Assembly (NCBI GenBank): GCA_963749495.1
Contig: CAVVMW010000022.1
Span: 522,628 to 586,627 of the forward strand
DNA: 64,000 nt
Origin: an uncultured bacterium
GTDB lineage: Bacteria > Verrucomicrobiota > Verrucomicrobiia > Limisphaerales > UBA8199
Reading direction: 5' to 3'
The position numbers and the translations under genes were made by a program. Below are positions 53,044 to 62,407 of this stretch, piece after piece (the stretch's first letter is position 1; each line of letters starts with the position of its first letter). The notes below the pieces were generated by a model that had not been told where the DNA came from, ran no database searches, and was given only the letters and a program-made list of their open reading frames with translations.

Positions 53044-54114
53044 ATGAAAATATCCTTTCCGTTCCTCTTTTGGGCCGCCGTTTGCGGCCTGTTCATGTTT
53101 GTCGAACTTGGCTCTGCTCAGACCCCGCCGCGTCTAGAACTGCGCCTGTCGGCAGGGCAACCGACCCTGAGCATCACGGGAGAGACTGGAGCCGTTTATT
53201 CCATCCAGTCATCGACCGGGCTTTCTCCGTCGAACCAATGGGTTGACCGGGCGATCCTTCAGGTGCAGGGCACCAACGATGTTTGGACTGATGCGTCGGC
53301 CCCCGCTCCCCGGCAGCAGTTTTACCGCGCGGTGTCCGTTTTTGCCCCGGCTGACACCAACCTGGTGTTGATCCCGCCGGGCACTTTCACGATGGGCAGC
53401 CCGGAGGACGAGGCGAGCCGGGGGTCGGATGAGACCCAGCACGTGGTGACGATCAGCCGGGGCTTTTGGATGGGAAAGTATTTGGTGACCCAGGCAGATT
53501 ATCTCGCGGTCGTGGGAAACAATCCGAGCTGGTTCACGCCCGACAACGGATATGTCGAGGTCCTGACGCTTCCCGTGGAGTCGGTGAGCTGGTTTGATGC
53601 GACCAATTATTGCGCGTTGCGAACGCAGCACGAGAGGGTGGCGGGGCTGATTCCCACCAAATATGCGTATCGGTTGCCGACGGAGTCGGAGTGGGAGTAT
53701 GCGGACCGGGCGGGGACGACGACGGCGTTCTATTTGGGGAGCGGCCTGTACTCAGGGCAGGCGAACTTCAACGGCCAGTACGGATACGATGCGGCGCTGG
53801 GCGCCATCGCCAATCCCAACGGACTCTTTTATCAGGTCACCACGGGGGTCGGCAGCTATCCAGCCAACCCCTGGGGATTGTATGATATGATCGGGAACGT
53901 GTGTGAGTGGTGTCAGGACTGGTATGGCGATTATCCCACCGGGAGCGTGGTCGATCCGCAAGGGCCTGCTTCAGGTTCGAGCCGCGTGAATCGGGGCGGC
54001 AGTTGGGACTACTATCCAAACTACTGCCGGTCGGCGCAGCGCTTCTACAGCGACCCGGGCAGCACCCTCAGAGCCCTCGGTTTTCGGGTGGTCCTGGCTC
54101 CGGCTCAACCGTGA
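53044..54114 (+). CDS. Secreted FGE-sulfatase (SUMF1/C-type-lectin fold) domain protein
   Basis: IPPGTFTMGSP, YRLPTESEWEYA, PANPWGLYDMIGNVCEWCQD, RVNRGGSW...GFRVVL. Confidence 0.92.
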   Translation: MKISFPFLFWAAVCGLFMFVELGSAQTPPRLELRLSAGQPTLSITGETGAVYSIQSSTGLSPSNQWVDRAILQVQGTNDVWTDASAPAPRQQFYRAVSVFAPADTNLVLIPPGTFTMGSPEDEASRGSDETQHVVTISRGFWMGKYLVTQADYLAVVGNNPSWFTPDNGYVEVLTLPVESVSWFDATNYCALRTQHERVAGLIPTKYAYRLPTESEWEYADRAGTTTAFYLGSGLYSGQANFNGQYGYDAALGAIANPNGLFYQVTTGVGSYPANPWGLYDMIGNVCEWCQDWYGDYPTGSVVDPQGPASGSSRVNRGGSWDYYPNYCRSAQRFYSDPGSTLRALGFRVVLAPAQP

Positions 54115-54838
54115 GCCGGATGATGAGCGGTGCTCTGGTGGCGGAAGCAGGCCTGACCAATGGGAGAGTACTGCTCGACGTTCAACCTCGCTTCGGTCTG
54201 GGCGACAAGGCCACCCAGCCTACGCCGATCACAGTGACAGCGATTTCAAAGGAGTCGCCTTTCCACCTCCACGGCAAACAAGGGGGGTGGATGAATATGC
54301 GCTATAATATTCCATCGAGGCCGGCTTCTTGAACAGGGTGTCGGGATCAAATTCCCTGCGACAGGACCTTCTCGAACTCGTCATTCATACATATGCCAAC
54401 CTCGATTCTTAAAGTTACGGCGGCTGAAACTGTTAATTACTGGCCACTGATCCGAGAAAGGCCTCCAGAATGCCTCACAATCGATCCAACCCCATTTCCG
54501 CTGTGGTGACCCTCCTTTGCCGCCCGGATCGCTTCCAGGGCCATTCCTGGTCAAACTCCGGTACAGCCAAGAACAGCTTTATCGGTAACGCCTGGAACTA
54601 TGCACCACCAGACATGACCACCACATTTCGCCAGAGGGGCGCAACAATTCTGTATGGTTGCGGTTCATTCCCGTGTTTATTCTAAAAACTGAAAAAGTGA
54701 CCGAACCGAGGATGATAGGCCAGACCGACCTTTAGAGAGGTCTGGCCGTATCGGATGGTGGCTGGTTTTCTTTTTTCCTATTTAAGCGTGGAATAATTTT
54801 TCCACCACGGGTTTTCTCGTGGTGGTGGAAAGTGGTTT

Positions 54839-55060
54839 TCAGTTCAGTTTTGCTGCCGAGTTGGGGTTCGTATAGCTCAGCTTCTTGGTCCTGGGGCTAA
54901 GCGTGACCCCATGCACTCGTTCAAGCTCCCGGTACAGGTCATGGAACTTGCTGTCGGACATCCCCACCTCCTTCACGGCCTTTTCCTTCAGTTCAGCCTT
55001 CGTAAGACCCTCCACTGCAACCATCTTCAGCAGGTCCTCAACTGTATAGAGCGGCGTCTT
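54839..55060 (-). pseudogene. C-terminal fragment of an unknown, possibly replication-related, protein
   Basis: TVEDLLKMV...GMSDSKFHDLY..L HTH-like tail followed by palindrome ttttccaccacg..cgtggtggtggaaa. Confidence 0.35.
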
Positions 55061-56046
55061 GGAAATGGGGGTCTAAGTTTCAACGTGCCGAGGTGTATCC
55101 TTTTTGATCTCAGAAGAGAGCGAACCCCGAACGCGAAGCGCAGGCGGAACAAACCCAGGCTCCATCAAATCCGAGGACAAAGAGGCCAAAGCCGGTGCCG
55201 GTGGATGGAGGTGTGTTTCGGCGTTTTGTCCACTTGCACGAGAGGGCGTCATCGGCTATAGTGTTCCAAAGCACTACTTATGCACTACGTTGCGATTGGC
55301 ACTTTTTCTCGGGACGCCTTGATCTCCAAGGAGATCCTGTCACGGCGCCGGAACTACACTTATCCCTCAGGGTTCAAAAATGTGCAGAGTTATCTGGACG
55401 CTCAGGGAGGACGAGCCGTAATCCACTTCGAGACGGACTCGGCGGAGTCCATCCTGCGGTACACCGCGGATTGGCCGGAGCTGACGCTCGAATATCTTCC
55501 CGGTTGTTCCTTCGGAGAAGGCCTGGGAGACCTACCTGGAAACTGGGCGGTGAACGCGCAGGGGAGTTGCGGTATTCTTGCCCCTGTTCACCGGATGAGG
55601 TGCGGGCAGCACTGCATCGAATCGCGGGTTGGCTCTTTTTCCGTTCCGCGCTCTCGAAGTTGCCGGGCAGTGCTCCATCAGCAAACATCTGGGGCGATTT
55701 ACTCCGGCGTCTGCAACCGGGATGACCACAACATCGCTAACCTCATCACGGACCTGACCCATTTCTGCGACAGGGAGGGGCACAACTTCCGGGGCATCAT
55801 TCGCAGGGCCATGAGGAACTGGGAGGCGGAGAGGCGAGCAGAGGGCGTTCTGAATGGGGAGCCTGGGCTGACCTTGGAGTGGCAGGGCAGGCCCGTGACT
55901 TTTCAGGGCAGCGATGATAGCGTTCTTCATGCACGTGTTAAGGGTATGGCCTGTTGCTTCGCCCCTGAAACAGCAACCGGAGCCCATGTGACCACCATCG
56001 TGTAGTGCAAGATACTAACCTCTGGTCGCCCAATGACAGTTAGACC

Positions 56047-56271
56047 ATGAAACGAGCAGCGCTCATCTTCTTCTTTGCGGTGGTAGGTTTCGTTGTAGGG
56101 CTGCTGGCCGCACTTTTGATCAGCACATTCCAGGAACAACCTCGTCCTGGTGCCCGTGCAGAAGAAGTAATGGCCAGTGGGTTGTTCTGGCTTGAAATCA
56201 TATGTCCTGTGATGGGCCTGCTTGGAGCGGTCGCCGGAGGGTTTATTGCCTCACGCCGCTTGAAAAAGTGA
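56047..56271 (+). CDS. Small two-TM membrane protein
   Basis: Two hydrophobic segments; flanked by GTTAGAC and GCCTAAC. Confidence 0.6.
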   Translation: MKRAALIFFFAVVGFVVGLLAALLISTFQEQPRPGARAEEVMASGLFWLEIICPVMGLLGAVAGGFIASRRLKK

Positions 56272-56815
56272 AAGGCCTAACCAAAACCGGTCGAGCGAGC
56301 TGCCACCCTCCACCCCTGGCAAAGTCCACTCGTTTTCCCGCACCGTCGCCAAGGATCACGGGGAGAAAGCGGCCGTCCTGTTGCAGTACCTGGCCCACCA
56401 CGTCAGCAAGAGCAAACACGTTCATGGCGGCAAGAAGTGATCTTAAAAGACCCTGGACGAGTTGGCGGAGGTGTTCCCCTACCTCAAGCGCAGCACCATC
56501 CACGCCACCCTCCAGAAACTCGGCAAAGAAGCTGGACCCCTGCTGATCGGAGATTACAACAAGAAGGGCTACGACCGCACCAACTGGTTCGCTTTTCGTG
56601 ATGACAACCTCCGTAAACAGGCCCAATCCTCGAAACCGGCGTACTTCCAGGTCGAGGATGCTGTGAAGTACGGCATTGTGGCGGCCGTGCTCCTGGGCAA
56701 CCTGGTTCATTGGATCAGGGAGAACCGGAAACAGGACCCTCAATACACCTGGCACAAAATCATGCCTGGCAACCGGGTTGAACATCTGCCTTTCTCCAAA
56801 TCAACCATGCAGGGG
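56268..56815 (+). pseudogene. Phage/plasmid replication-initiator-like HTH gene, interrupted and truncated
   Basis: HSFSR.VA..HGEKAAVLLQYL, stops at ~56440, TLDELAEVFPYL..STI..L, YNKKGYDRTNWF, then a second copy of the domain (FQVEDAVKYGIVAAVLL). Confidence 0.55.
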
Positions 56816-56829
56816 GTCCCTGTCGCGAC

Positions 56830-57882
56830 TCACGGCAGAACCAGCCTGAAAAACTGCGCCCCCGTTGGCGCTTGCACGGTATAAACATTTTCCACGCCGG
56901 CCTGCGTGATGCCGTTAGTAATTGGCGTCCAAATCGGGGACGTGAGGCTCTGGCTGCTTTGGAGGTTTGTGGTCAGCACTTGGGTGGCCCCATTCCCCAC
57001 CCCTGGCCAGGACACAATGACGCCGCCGGAAGATGCCCTGCTCAGCGTTAGGAGCGGAAAGTTCGCTTCCAGCATCGCGCCGTCCGTAGCCAGAAAGTTG
57101 TCAAAAGTGGCGTCAGCCGGCCCGTCGCCCGCGCTAGAGTTGTTCGCAATAATCAAGCCCGTCATGCCGCTAACGTGGTCGGAACCCGTCGGATCATAAC
57201 CCGGATCGGTCGTGCCATAATCAACGACGGGAACGGTCGGGTTCGCCAAGTCATACACTTGTCCCCTGAATGTGCCTCCCACGCCCATAAACACAAAACG
57301 GTAGGCGTGGCCGGTCTGAAGATGCACCGAGTCGTTGCCGAAGTAGGTGTGGCCGTCGAGATCGGTCGGGGCTTCGTTGTCAATCCGCACAATATCCATG
57401 TCGCCGCCCGTCGGGTTCGCCGGATCCCCGCTATCCCAATTGAAGAGGTAACCGCTGGTGGTCCCCGGCCCCACATTGCCAACGCGAGCCAGGACCCCAA
57501 AGAGCTGGTGGACGGTCGCATCCCAGTTGACCACATCAACGCCGACATAGAAATTGGTGAAGCTATTGGGTGCAAGGCTGCCCATCCTGGCCTGGCCGAA
57601 AGTGCCCGGATCCGGCGATGCCTGGCTTTGGAGACGATAGCTGTTGCCGCCTGGGAAACTCCAGGTTGCCAGCGCCACAGCGCCACCGGTTGCCTCGGAA
57701 ATAGGATCATACCGCTGCCAGGCAATGGGGGCCGTATCGTTGCCGTCGTCAAAGTTGTCAGAAATGGTGGCCGCCCTGCCGCCACAGGCGACACTCATCG
57801 CGCCAAGGACCGTTACCTGAAAGAGAAAGCTGCGAACGACCATCCTGCCTGAGCTAATTAGAGTTCGTATTTTGGATTTCAT
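56830..57882 (-). CDS. Secreted protein with C-terminal 'LQSS.SL..P.W...FFRL' domain
   Basis: Signal-like N-terminus; SDNFDDGND, ADATFDNF; terminal TGAQFFRLVLP. Confidence 0.75.
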   Translation of the reverse strand: MKSKIRTLISSGRMVVRSFLFQVTVLGAMSVACGGRAATISDNFDDGNDTAPIAWQRYDPISEATGGAVALATWSFPGGNSYRLQSQASPDPGTFGQARMGSLAPNSFTNFYVGVDVVNWDATVHQLFGVLARVGNVGPGTTSGYLFNWDSGDPANPTGGDMDIVRIDNEAPTDLDGHTYFGNDSVHLQTGHAYRFVFMGVGGTFRGQVYDLANPTVPVVDYGTTDPGYDPTGSDHVSGMTGLIIANNSSAGDGPADATFDNFLATDGAMLEANFPLLTLSRASSGGVIVSWPGVGNGATQVLTTNLQSSQSLTSPIWTPITNGITQAGVENVYTVQAPTGAQFFRLVLP

Positions 57883-58210
57883 GGAAAGACATTCATTTCT
57901 TATGTGTGCCGTGGGCAGTACTTTTAATGGTTTCTCGTATTTCGTCAAGGGTAAAGCATAGCGAGCGCCACGTCGCCTTCCGCGGCTCGCTGTCATCGGC
58001 TAATGTCGAAAGCGAACGACAACACACCGCACCGCACGAGCAGGAATTGAGAACATTGTGTGCATGGCCACTATTCACAAAGTTGTCTATTCGCATCCTG
58101 CCCGCAGGGATTCCGAAACTCAACCCATTCTGATGGCTGACAGGCGCAACCGACGATCTGGGGCGCATCGTCAGGCTCATCAAGAATGCCAAGCGGCAGT
58201 GCGGCAAGCT

Positions 58211-58849
58211 TCACGGTATGGCCAGGAGGTTTGTCCCGTCACTCCGAGCGACGAGATCGCGCAGACGAGAGGAACTGACCTGTTGGACGCTGCTGTCGGC
58301 CAGGAGGACATTGCCTCGGCAGTTGTGAATCTCGTGCGTCCAGCCGAGCATAGTGTTGGTCGTGAGGACCAGAATACGATCGGGGGGCAGAGGCGTCCCG
58401 TTGGTCACATTGCGGTCGCCCGCCAGGAACATCTGAGGAATTTCTTCCAGAGCATCGAGCGCCATGAAATAGCTGATTTTCCTATTCGAGAGGCTGGCGA
58501 AGTCCTTGGCCGCCGTCCGCTGCTCATCTGCAGGGCAAATGAGAACCCTTGGAGTGGACAGTTCATTCGTCAACACCTGGAAATGGGGAAACGCCAAGCC
58601 TGTTTCGACTGACTCCCGTGTCCCACCTTTGCTGTCCGAGACACGCATCGGAAAATCATTTGTCCTCTCAACAGCCCAGGTCTTGAAGGCGATTCCGATT
58701 TCCTTAAGACGACCGGCGCATGTTGTCAATTGGGCACGCTCCTTTGCGCGTTTCAGTGCCGGCAAGAACATGGCAACCAGGAGGGCGAGGACAGCAACGA
58801 CGACCAGGAGTTCAGTACGCGTGAATGCCCTGGTCCTTGGCAAGTTCAT
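58211..58849 (-). CDS. Prepilin-type N-terminal cleavage protein with H-X9-DG-like motif (DUF1559-like)
   Basis: AFTRTELLVVVAVLALLVAMFLPAL.RAK; LICPAD; HNCRGNVLLADSSV. Confidence 0.85.
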   Translation of the reverse strand: MNLPRTRAFTRTELLVVVAVLALLVAMFLPALKRAKERAQLTTCAGRLKEIGIAFKTWAVERTNDFPMRVSDSKGGTRESVETGLAFPHFQVLTNELSTPRVLICPADEQRTAAKDFASLSNRKISYFMALDALEEIPQMFLAGDRNVTNGTPLPPDRILVLTTNTMLGWTHEIHNCRGNVLLADSSVQQVSSSRLRDLVARSDGTNLLAIP

Positions 58850-58879
58850 GAATATTTGCCTTTCCCTTTGTTGCGGAGG

Positions 58880-59176
58880 TCAGTTCGCACGTCCCCTCCC
58901 CAAAACTAGAAGAATCAAGCCCGACGGGACAGCTCCAGCCAGGTACCACGTGCCGACAACGAGGAGCGCCCAACTGAAATACTCCGATGGATCCCCTCCG
59001 AGCCAGGTTGGAGACCAATAGAGGCAGAACGAGAGCAGGAAAGGTGCAACCAAGGCCACGAGCCATGTGGACCATCCTGGACGAAACCAGCGCCAGAATC
59101 CGGCAAGCAGCGCAAAACACAGACCGACAATGACAGCACCGGAACCGAGCGACAGGGATGTCAGAACATCTCTCAT
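58880..59176 (-). CDS. Small membrane protein
   Basis: Three hydrophobic segments. Confidence 0.5.
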   Translation of the reverse strand: MRDVLTSLSLGSGAVIVGLCFALLAGFWRWFRPGWSTWLVALVAPFLLSFCLYWSPTWLGGDPSEYFSWALLVVGTWYLAGAVPSGLILLVLGRGRAN

Positions 59177-59626
59177 GGCCAACATCTATTCAACCGACCA
59201 AGCCTTCGCGTAACCGTTCGCCGGATGATGGGCCGTTCACCTCCAAGATGCAACCCATTTGTTCCGAGGCCCTTCTGTGCTCTGCCGCCTTTCCCCCTGC
59301 GTCGAAAAAGGAAATCCGCGGACGACCAAGCTGAAACCCCCCCGAACAGCCCGATCCATACAGCAACCGGCAATTGACCAGGAAACCGCGGAATTCACCC
59401 CCTGTGAGCACTGGGCCCTTCATCCGGTATAATCTCCTGGGGGTCAGACCGGCATAATCGCTCCCAGGGCCGTTTCCGTTCGAGAGTTTGTGCCGGACCA
59501 GCTCGCTTTCTGCCGCAGTCAATCATCAACACAACAAATCCATGACCAGATACAGCCTCTTAATCTTCCCGCTGGCACGGGAATCCCCTAACTGACATTT
59601 TGGCGCTAATTTGCGGCCAAAAGTGG

Positions 59627-61156
59627 TCACAAATAGCCCAACTGTTCAGCCTTCAATTGAACCGAGACCTGCTCTGGATTCATTTGTAAGGCGTCATTGA
59701 GAAATGCCTCCACGGTCTGGTCAATTGTGGTTAAGACCCTTCGAACAACCTTCCGGCCCAAATCTCTTACCAGCCCTTCGAGCGCTCCTTCAATGAGTGC
59801 GCGAAACAGGTGCCAGAGCAAGGCGGCGTAAGTGAGGGTCTGCAAGCGCCCGCTTTCCCGATCCCGAATTTGCCCGTAGCTCAACTGCCCACTGCGGAGC
59901 ATCGCCTCAAAGAGGAGCAGATAACGCAAGGCGGCCAGATGCACGGAGGCGTAAGCCAACTGATAACGTCCGCTCTGTTCCTTCAAGAAACCGAGGTTCT
60001 GTTTGATCTCCTTAAAGTAAACCTCGATCGACCAACGGAGCGCGTAGACTTCCAGGATTTTGGCGTCGCTCAGCGTCACGTCCGTGCAGAGAAAGACGAC
60101 CCAGGTGTCGGCGGAGCGTGCGCGAACCGGAGCGCTGAAGACCAGGCGCACCTCGACCCAATGGGCGGGTTGGCTGGGCTCCGTCGCCAGGTTGAGGCTC
60201 ACGACAAGGCTGGCCGTCTTATATCGGGCCCGGTGATTGCTGGGCCGCATCCGTCGCTGGACCAGCGTATACAACTGGCTGGCGGTGTAGCTGCGGCCTC
60301 GGTACTCATACGCCAAATTGCCGCGCTTCATTTGAAAGATGCCGACCAGCTTGTTCTCCAGGCAGCAGAGAATGTTCTCCTTGCACCCGAACCACGCGTC
60401 GCTCAAGACATACCAGGCGCTAAAGCCGGCCCGCAGAGCGCGCTGGAGCATGTCCCGGAACAGTTGGTGTTTGGTTTGCGTCTTGGCCCGGCGCAGATCC
60501 CGCGCGGCCGAACTGCGCTGGTCGTGGAAGGGTTTGTCCTTGGGCTTATCGACGGCACACTTTTCCCCCATGACGATCTGGGCCTCCACCGGCAGGAATC
60601 CCTTTTCTCCGGCCAGCCCCAGTTGCAGCACTTGGTGTCCCTTCCGGTTGCGGCCCTGGGTATGGTCGTAGTAGCAACTGGTGCCTTCGACCTTGCGGCC
60701 CGCACGGGCCTGGCTGGTGTCATCGACCACAAAGGCGCGCTGGGAGCGTGGACCCAGTTCGTTGTCTTGATGGACCCGCCAGGCCAGTTCGCTGGACAAA
60801 CCGCGCCAGTTGATGTCCTCCCGGCCCAGCAAATCGTAGAGCACGCTGACGTGGCCGGCCAGGATCTGGCACAGTTCGGCGCAAAAGCAGTGGAGCGATT
60901 TGACTTTCAAGAGCGGCCACACCAACAGGGCACAAAGCACATTGACCAGGGGCTCTCCATCGGAGCGGCGCTTGCGGCTCATGGCTGCGGCCAGCGACCC
61001 GACCAGGGAGTGACGCTGAATGCCCTCGGCCAGTTCGGTGTCGACGAAGGTCAAGGGTTGACTGAGGGCATCGGACAAGGGGGTATAGGAACGGGGCTGG
61101 CGGTCGCCCCTCTGGGTTTGGGGTTTGGAAGCGGAAGCTTTGGTTTTTGCCTGCAT
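59627..61156 (-). CDS. DDE transposase (IS4/IS701-like)
   Basis: VVDDT..RAGRKVEG, VLSDAWF, YALRWSIEVYFKEIKQNLG (Y-R-E-K motif). Confidence 0.9.
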   Translation of the reverse strand: MQAKTKASASKPQTQRGDRQPRSYTPLSDALSQPLTFVDTELAEGIQRHSLVGSLAAAMSRKRRSDGEPLVNVLCALLVWPLLKVKSLHCFCAELCQILAGHVSVLYDLLGREDINWRGLSSELAWRVHQDNELGPRSQRAFVVDDTSQARAGRKVEGTSCYYDHTQGRNRKGHQVLQLGLAGEKGFLPVEAQIVMGEKCAVDKPKDKPFHDQRSSAARDLRRAKTQTKHQLFRDMLQRALRAGFSAWYVLSDAWFGCKENILCCLENKLVGIFQMKRGNLAYEYRGRSYTASQLYTLVQRRMRPSNHRARYKTASLVVSLNLATEPSQPAHWVEVRLVFSAPVRARSADTWVVFLCTDVTLSDAKILEVYALRWSIEVYFKEIKQNLGFLKEQSGRYQLAYASVHLAALRYLLLFEAMLRSGQLSYGQIRDRESGRLQTLTYAALLWHLFRALIEGALEGLVRDLGRKVVRRVLTTIDQTVEAFLNDALQMNPEQVSVQLKAEQLGYL

Positions 61157-61206
61157 ATTAAGGTATATATACCTAAATATTGACACGCCTGCTACTCTTT
61201 TTATTC

Positions 61207-61554
61207 ATGCAAACACAAAACATCTCGTCAGCCTCCGCCCGCCAAAAGGAATACGCCCGGCTTCGAGTTCGACTGGCCAAGGCCGGGTGGATTAGCGAAG
61301 GCTATGTTCAAGCTCGGAGACTAGGAGCTGGGAGCGCCTGCTATGCGTGGACCCGCAAAGTCAAAGCCAAGACCATTTGCGTCGCTTTGTCCAAGGAGCA
61401 GTATGAGTGGCTTAAGCAGGCGATTGCTAATTGGCGCACTCTCCAGGAAACTCTCCGCCAGATGCAACGCCTCAGCCGGGAGGAGCTCTTCACCTCTCTC
61501 CCCAATCCAAAGCGCCGCAAGCAACTCAGCAAAAAGGTTCTAGGGCTTGTGTAG
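61207..61554 (+). CDS. DUF6788-like IS-associated protein
   Basis: ISEGYVQ, YAWTRKVKAKT..VALS, AIANWR.L. Confidence 0.7.
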   Translation: MQTQNISSASARQKEYARLRVRLAKAGWISEGYVQARRLGAGSACYAWTRKVKAKTICVALSKEQYEWLKQAIANWRTLQETLRQMQRLSREELFTSLPNPKRRKQLSKKVLGLV

Positions 61555-61709
61555 GCGCCATTCGGCCCAGAGGGTCATCCCCAACCTCACCCCGGAGAAT
61601 CGGCCAACTGAGATTTAGGCGCCTCCCAAAGACAAAACCAAGCGAATCTAGCGCAAAACCACCAACTACAGCGGCAAAACCTTACGCAAATTATCGCCAA
61701 AATGTCGAG

Positions 61710-62400
61710 CTCTAAAATTCCGTACCGTGGGTTTTCCCCAGTACCGGCTTCAAACCCGCCTGACGCCACGGCCACCTTCGCGGGCGTGCTACCGCCCGCT
61801 TATAGGCCGTCACCGTCGGTATCTCCGTCCCCGGCGGTTGTTCCGTAGTCGGACTTGCGTCCAAGCGGCACCGAGAACTTCTGACCACGACCGCGGGTCC
61901 AGTGGCCCTTGGCTCCCCAACCGGTTGTGCTGTCCGGTCGGCTCGTCGCTTACTATGGCCACATGTGCGCCTCTGTTGGCCACCCAGCGGCTTATGCATT
62001 ATTCCGCCAGGCTGCGGGGCCAACCCGCCAGCCCCAGAGGGTCCCCAATTTACTCTGCCAGTCCTTTCACCCCATGCCGCCGCCCGTACTCCGGTGACTC
62101 CAACCTGCATTTCCTGCGACAATGCCTTCATCGTTGGTTGTGCCTTCGCCGTTTTCGCACCGGTTCGGCAGTCACAAATCCCACGAATCCGGAACCCGTG
62201 GGTAACGTAACGAAGCTGCAGCTTTCGCTTTATGCTACGGCCTGGAAGTGTTGCTCGCCCTGCTCCGGCCAGGACTTTTACGACCGAGCTTTCGCGGGTC
62301 GCGTCGCCCCTTCCCGCGTCGGTTATCACTGTATGGTTCATCGTCAGTTACCATCGCCGGACTTCCACCGGCTGGACTGGCAGCCTTATGGGCTGCGAGC
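61710..62400 (-). ncRNA. ORF-less group II intron, copy A; 3' end (domain VI) removed at the IS boundary
   Basis: 5' GCTCGCAGCCCATAAGGCTGCCAGTCC..CCGGTGGAAGTCCGG; DI closing strand GGACTGGCAG; DIII-like GTGGCCATAGTA..GAGCCAAGGGCCAC; DV GAAGCCGGTACTGGGGAAAACCCACGGTACGGAATTTTAGAG. Confidence 0.85.
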
Positions 62401-62407
62401 GGAATAC

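Larger units (their letters stand above)
59592..61709. mobile_element. IS4/IS701-like insertion sequence with ~24-bp terminal inverted repeats
   Basis: Left ctgacattttggcgctaatttgcg (59592-59615); right cgcaaattatcgccaaaatgtcgag (61685-61709); contains a DDE transposase and a small divergent ORF; no clear target-site duplication. Confidence 0.88.

Noticed and set aside
53044..54400. Complete diversity-generating retroelement
   Set aside because: No template repeat, RT or Avd gene is visible in the window; kept only as a possible remote target.
61996..62010. GGAATA loop as canonical EBS1 pairing with spacer TATTCC
   Set aside because: The complementarity is real, but the loop lies after the domain I closing strand, in apparent domain II, so it is not a canonical EBS1. 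A 6-nt match may be chance.
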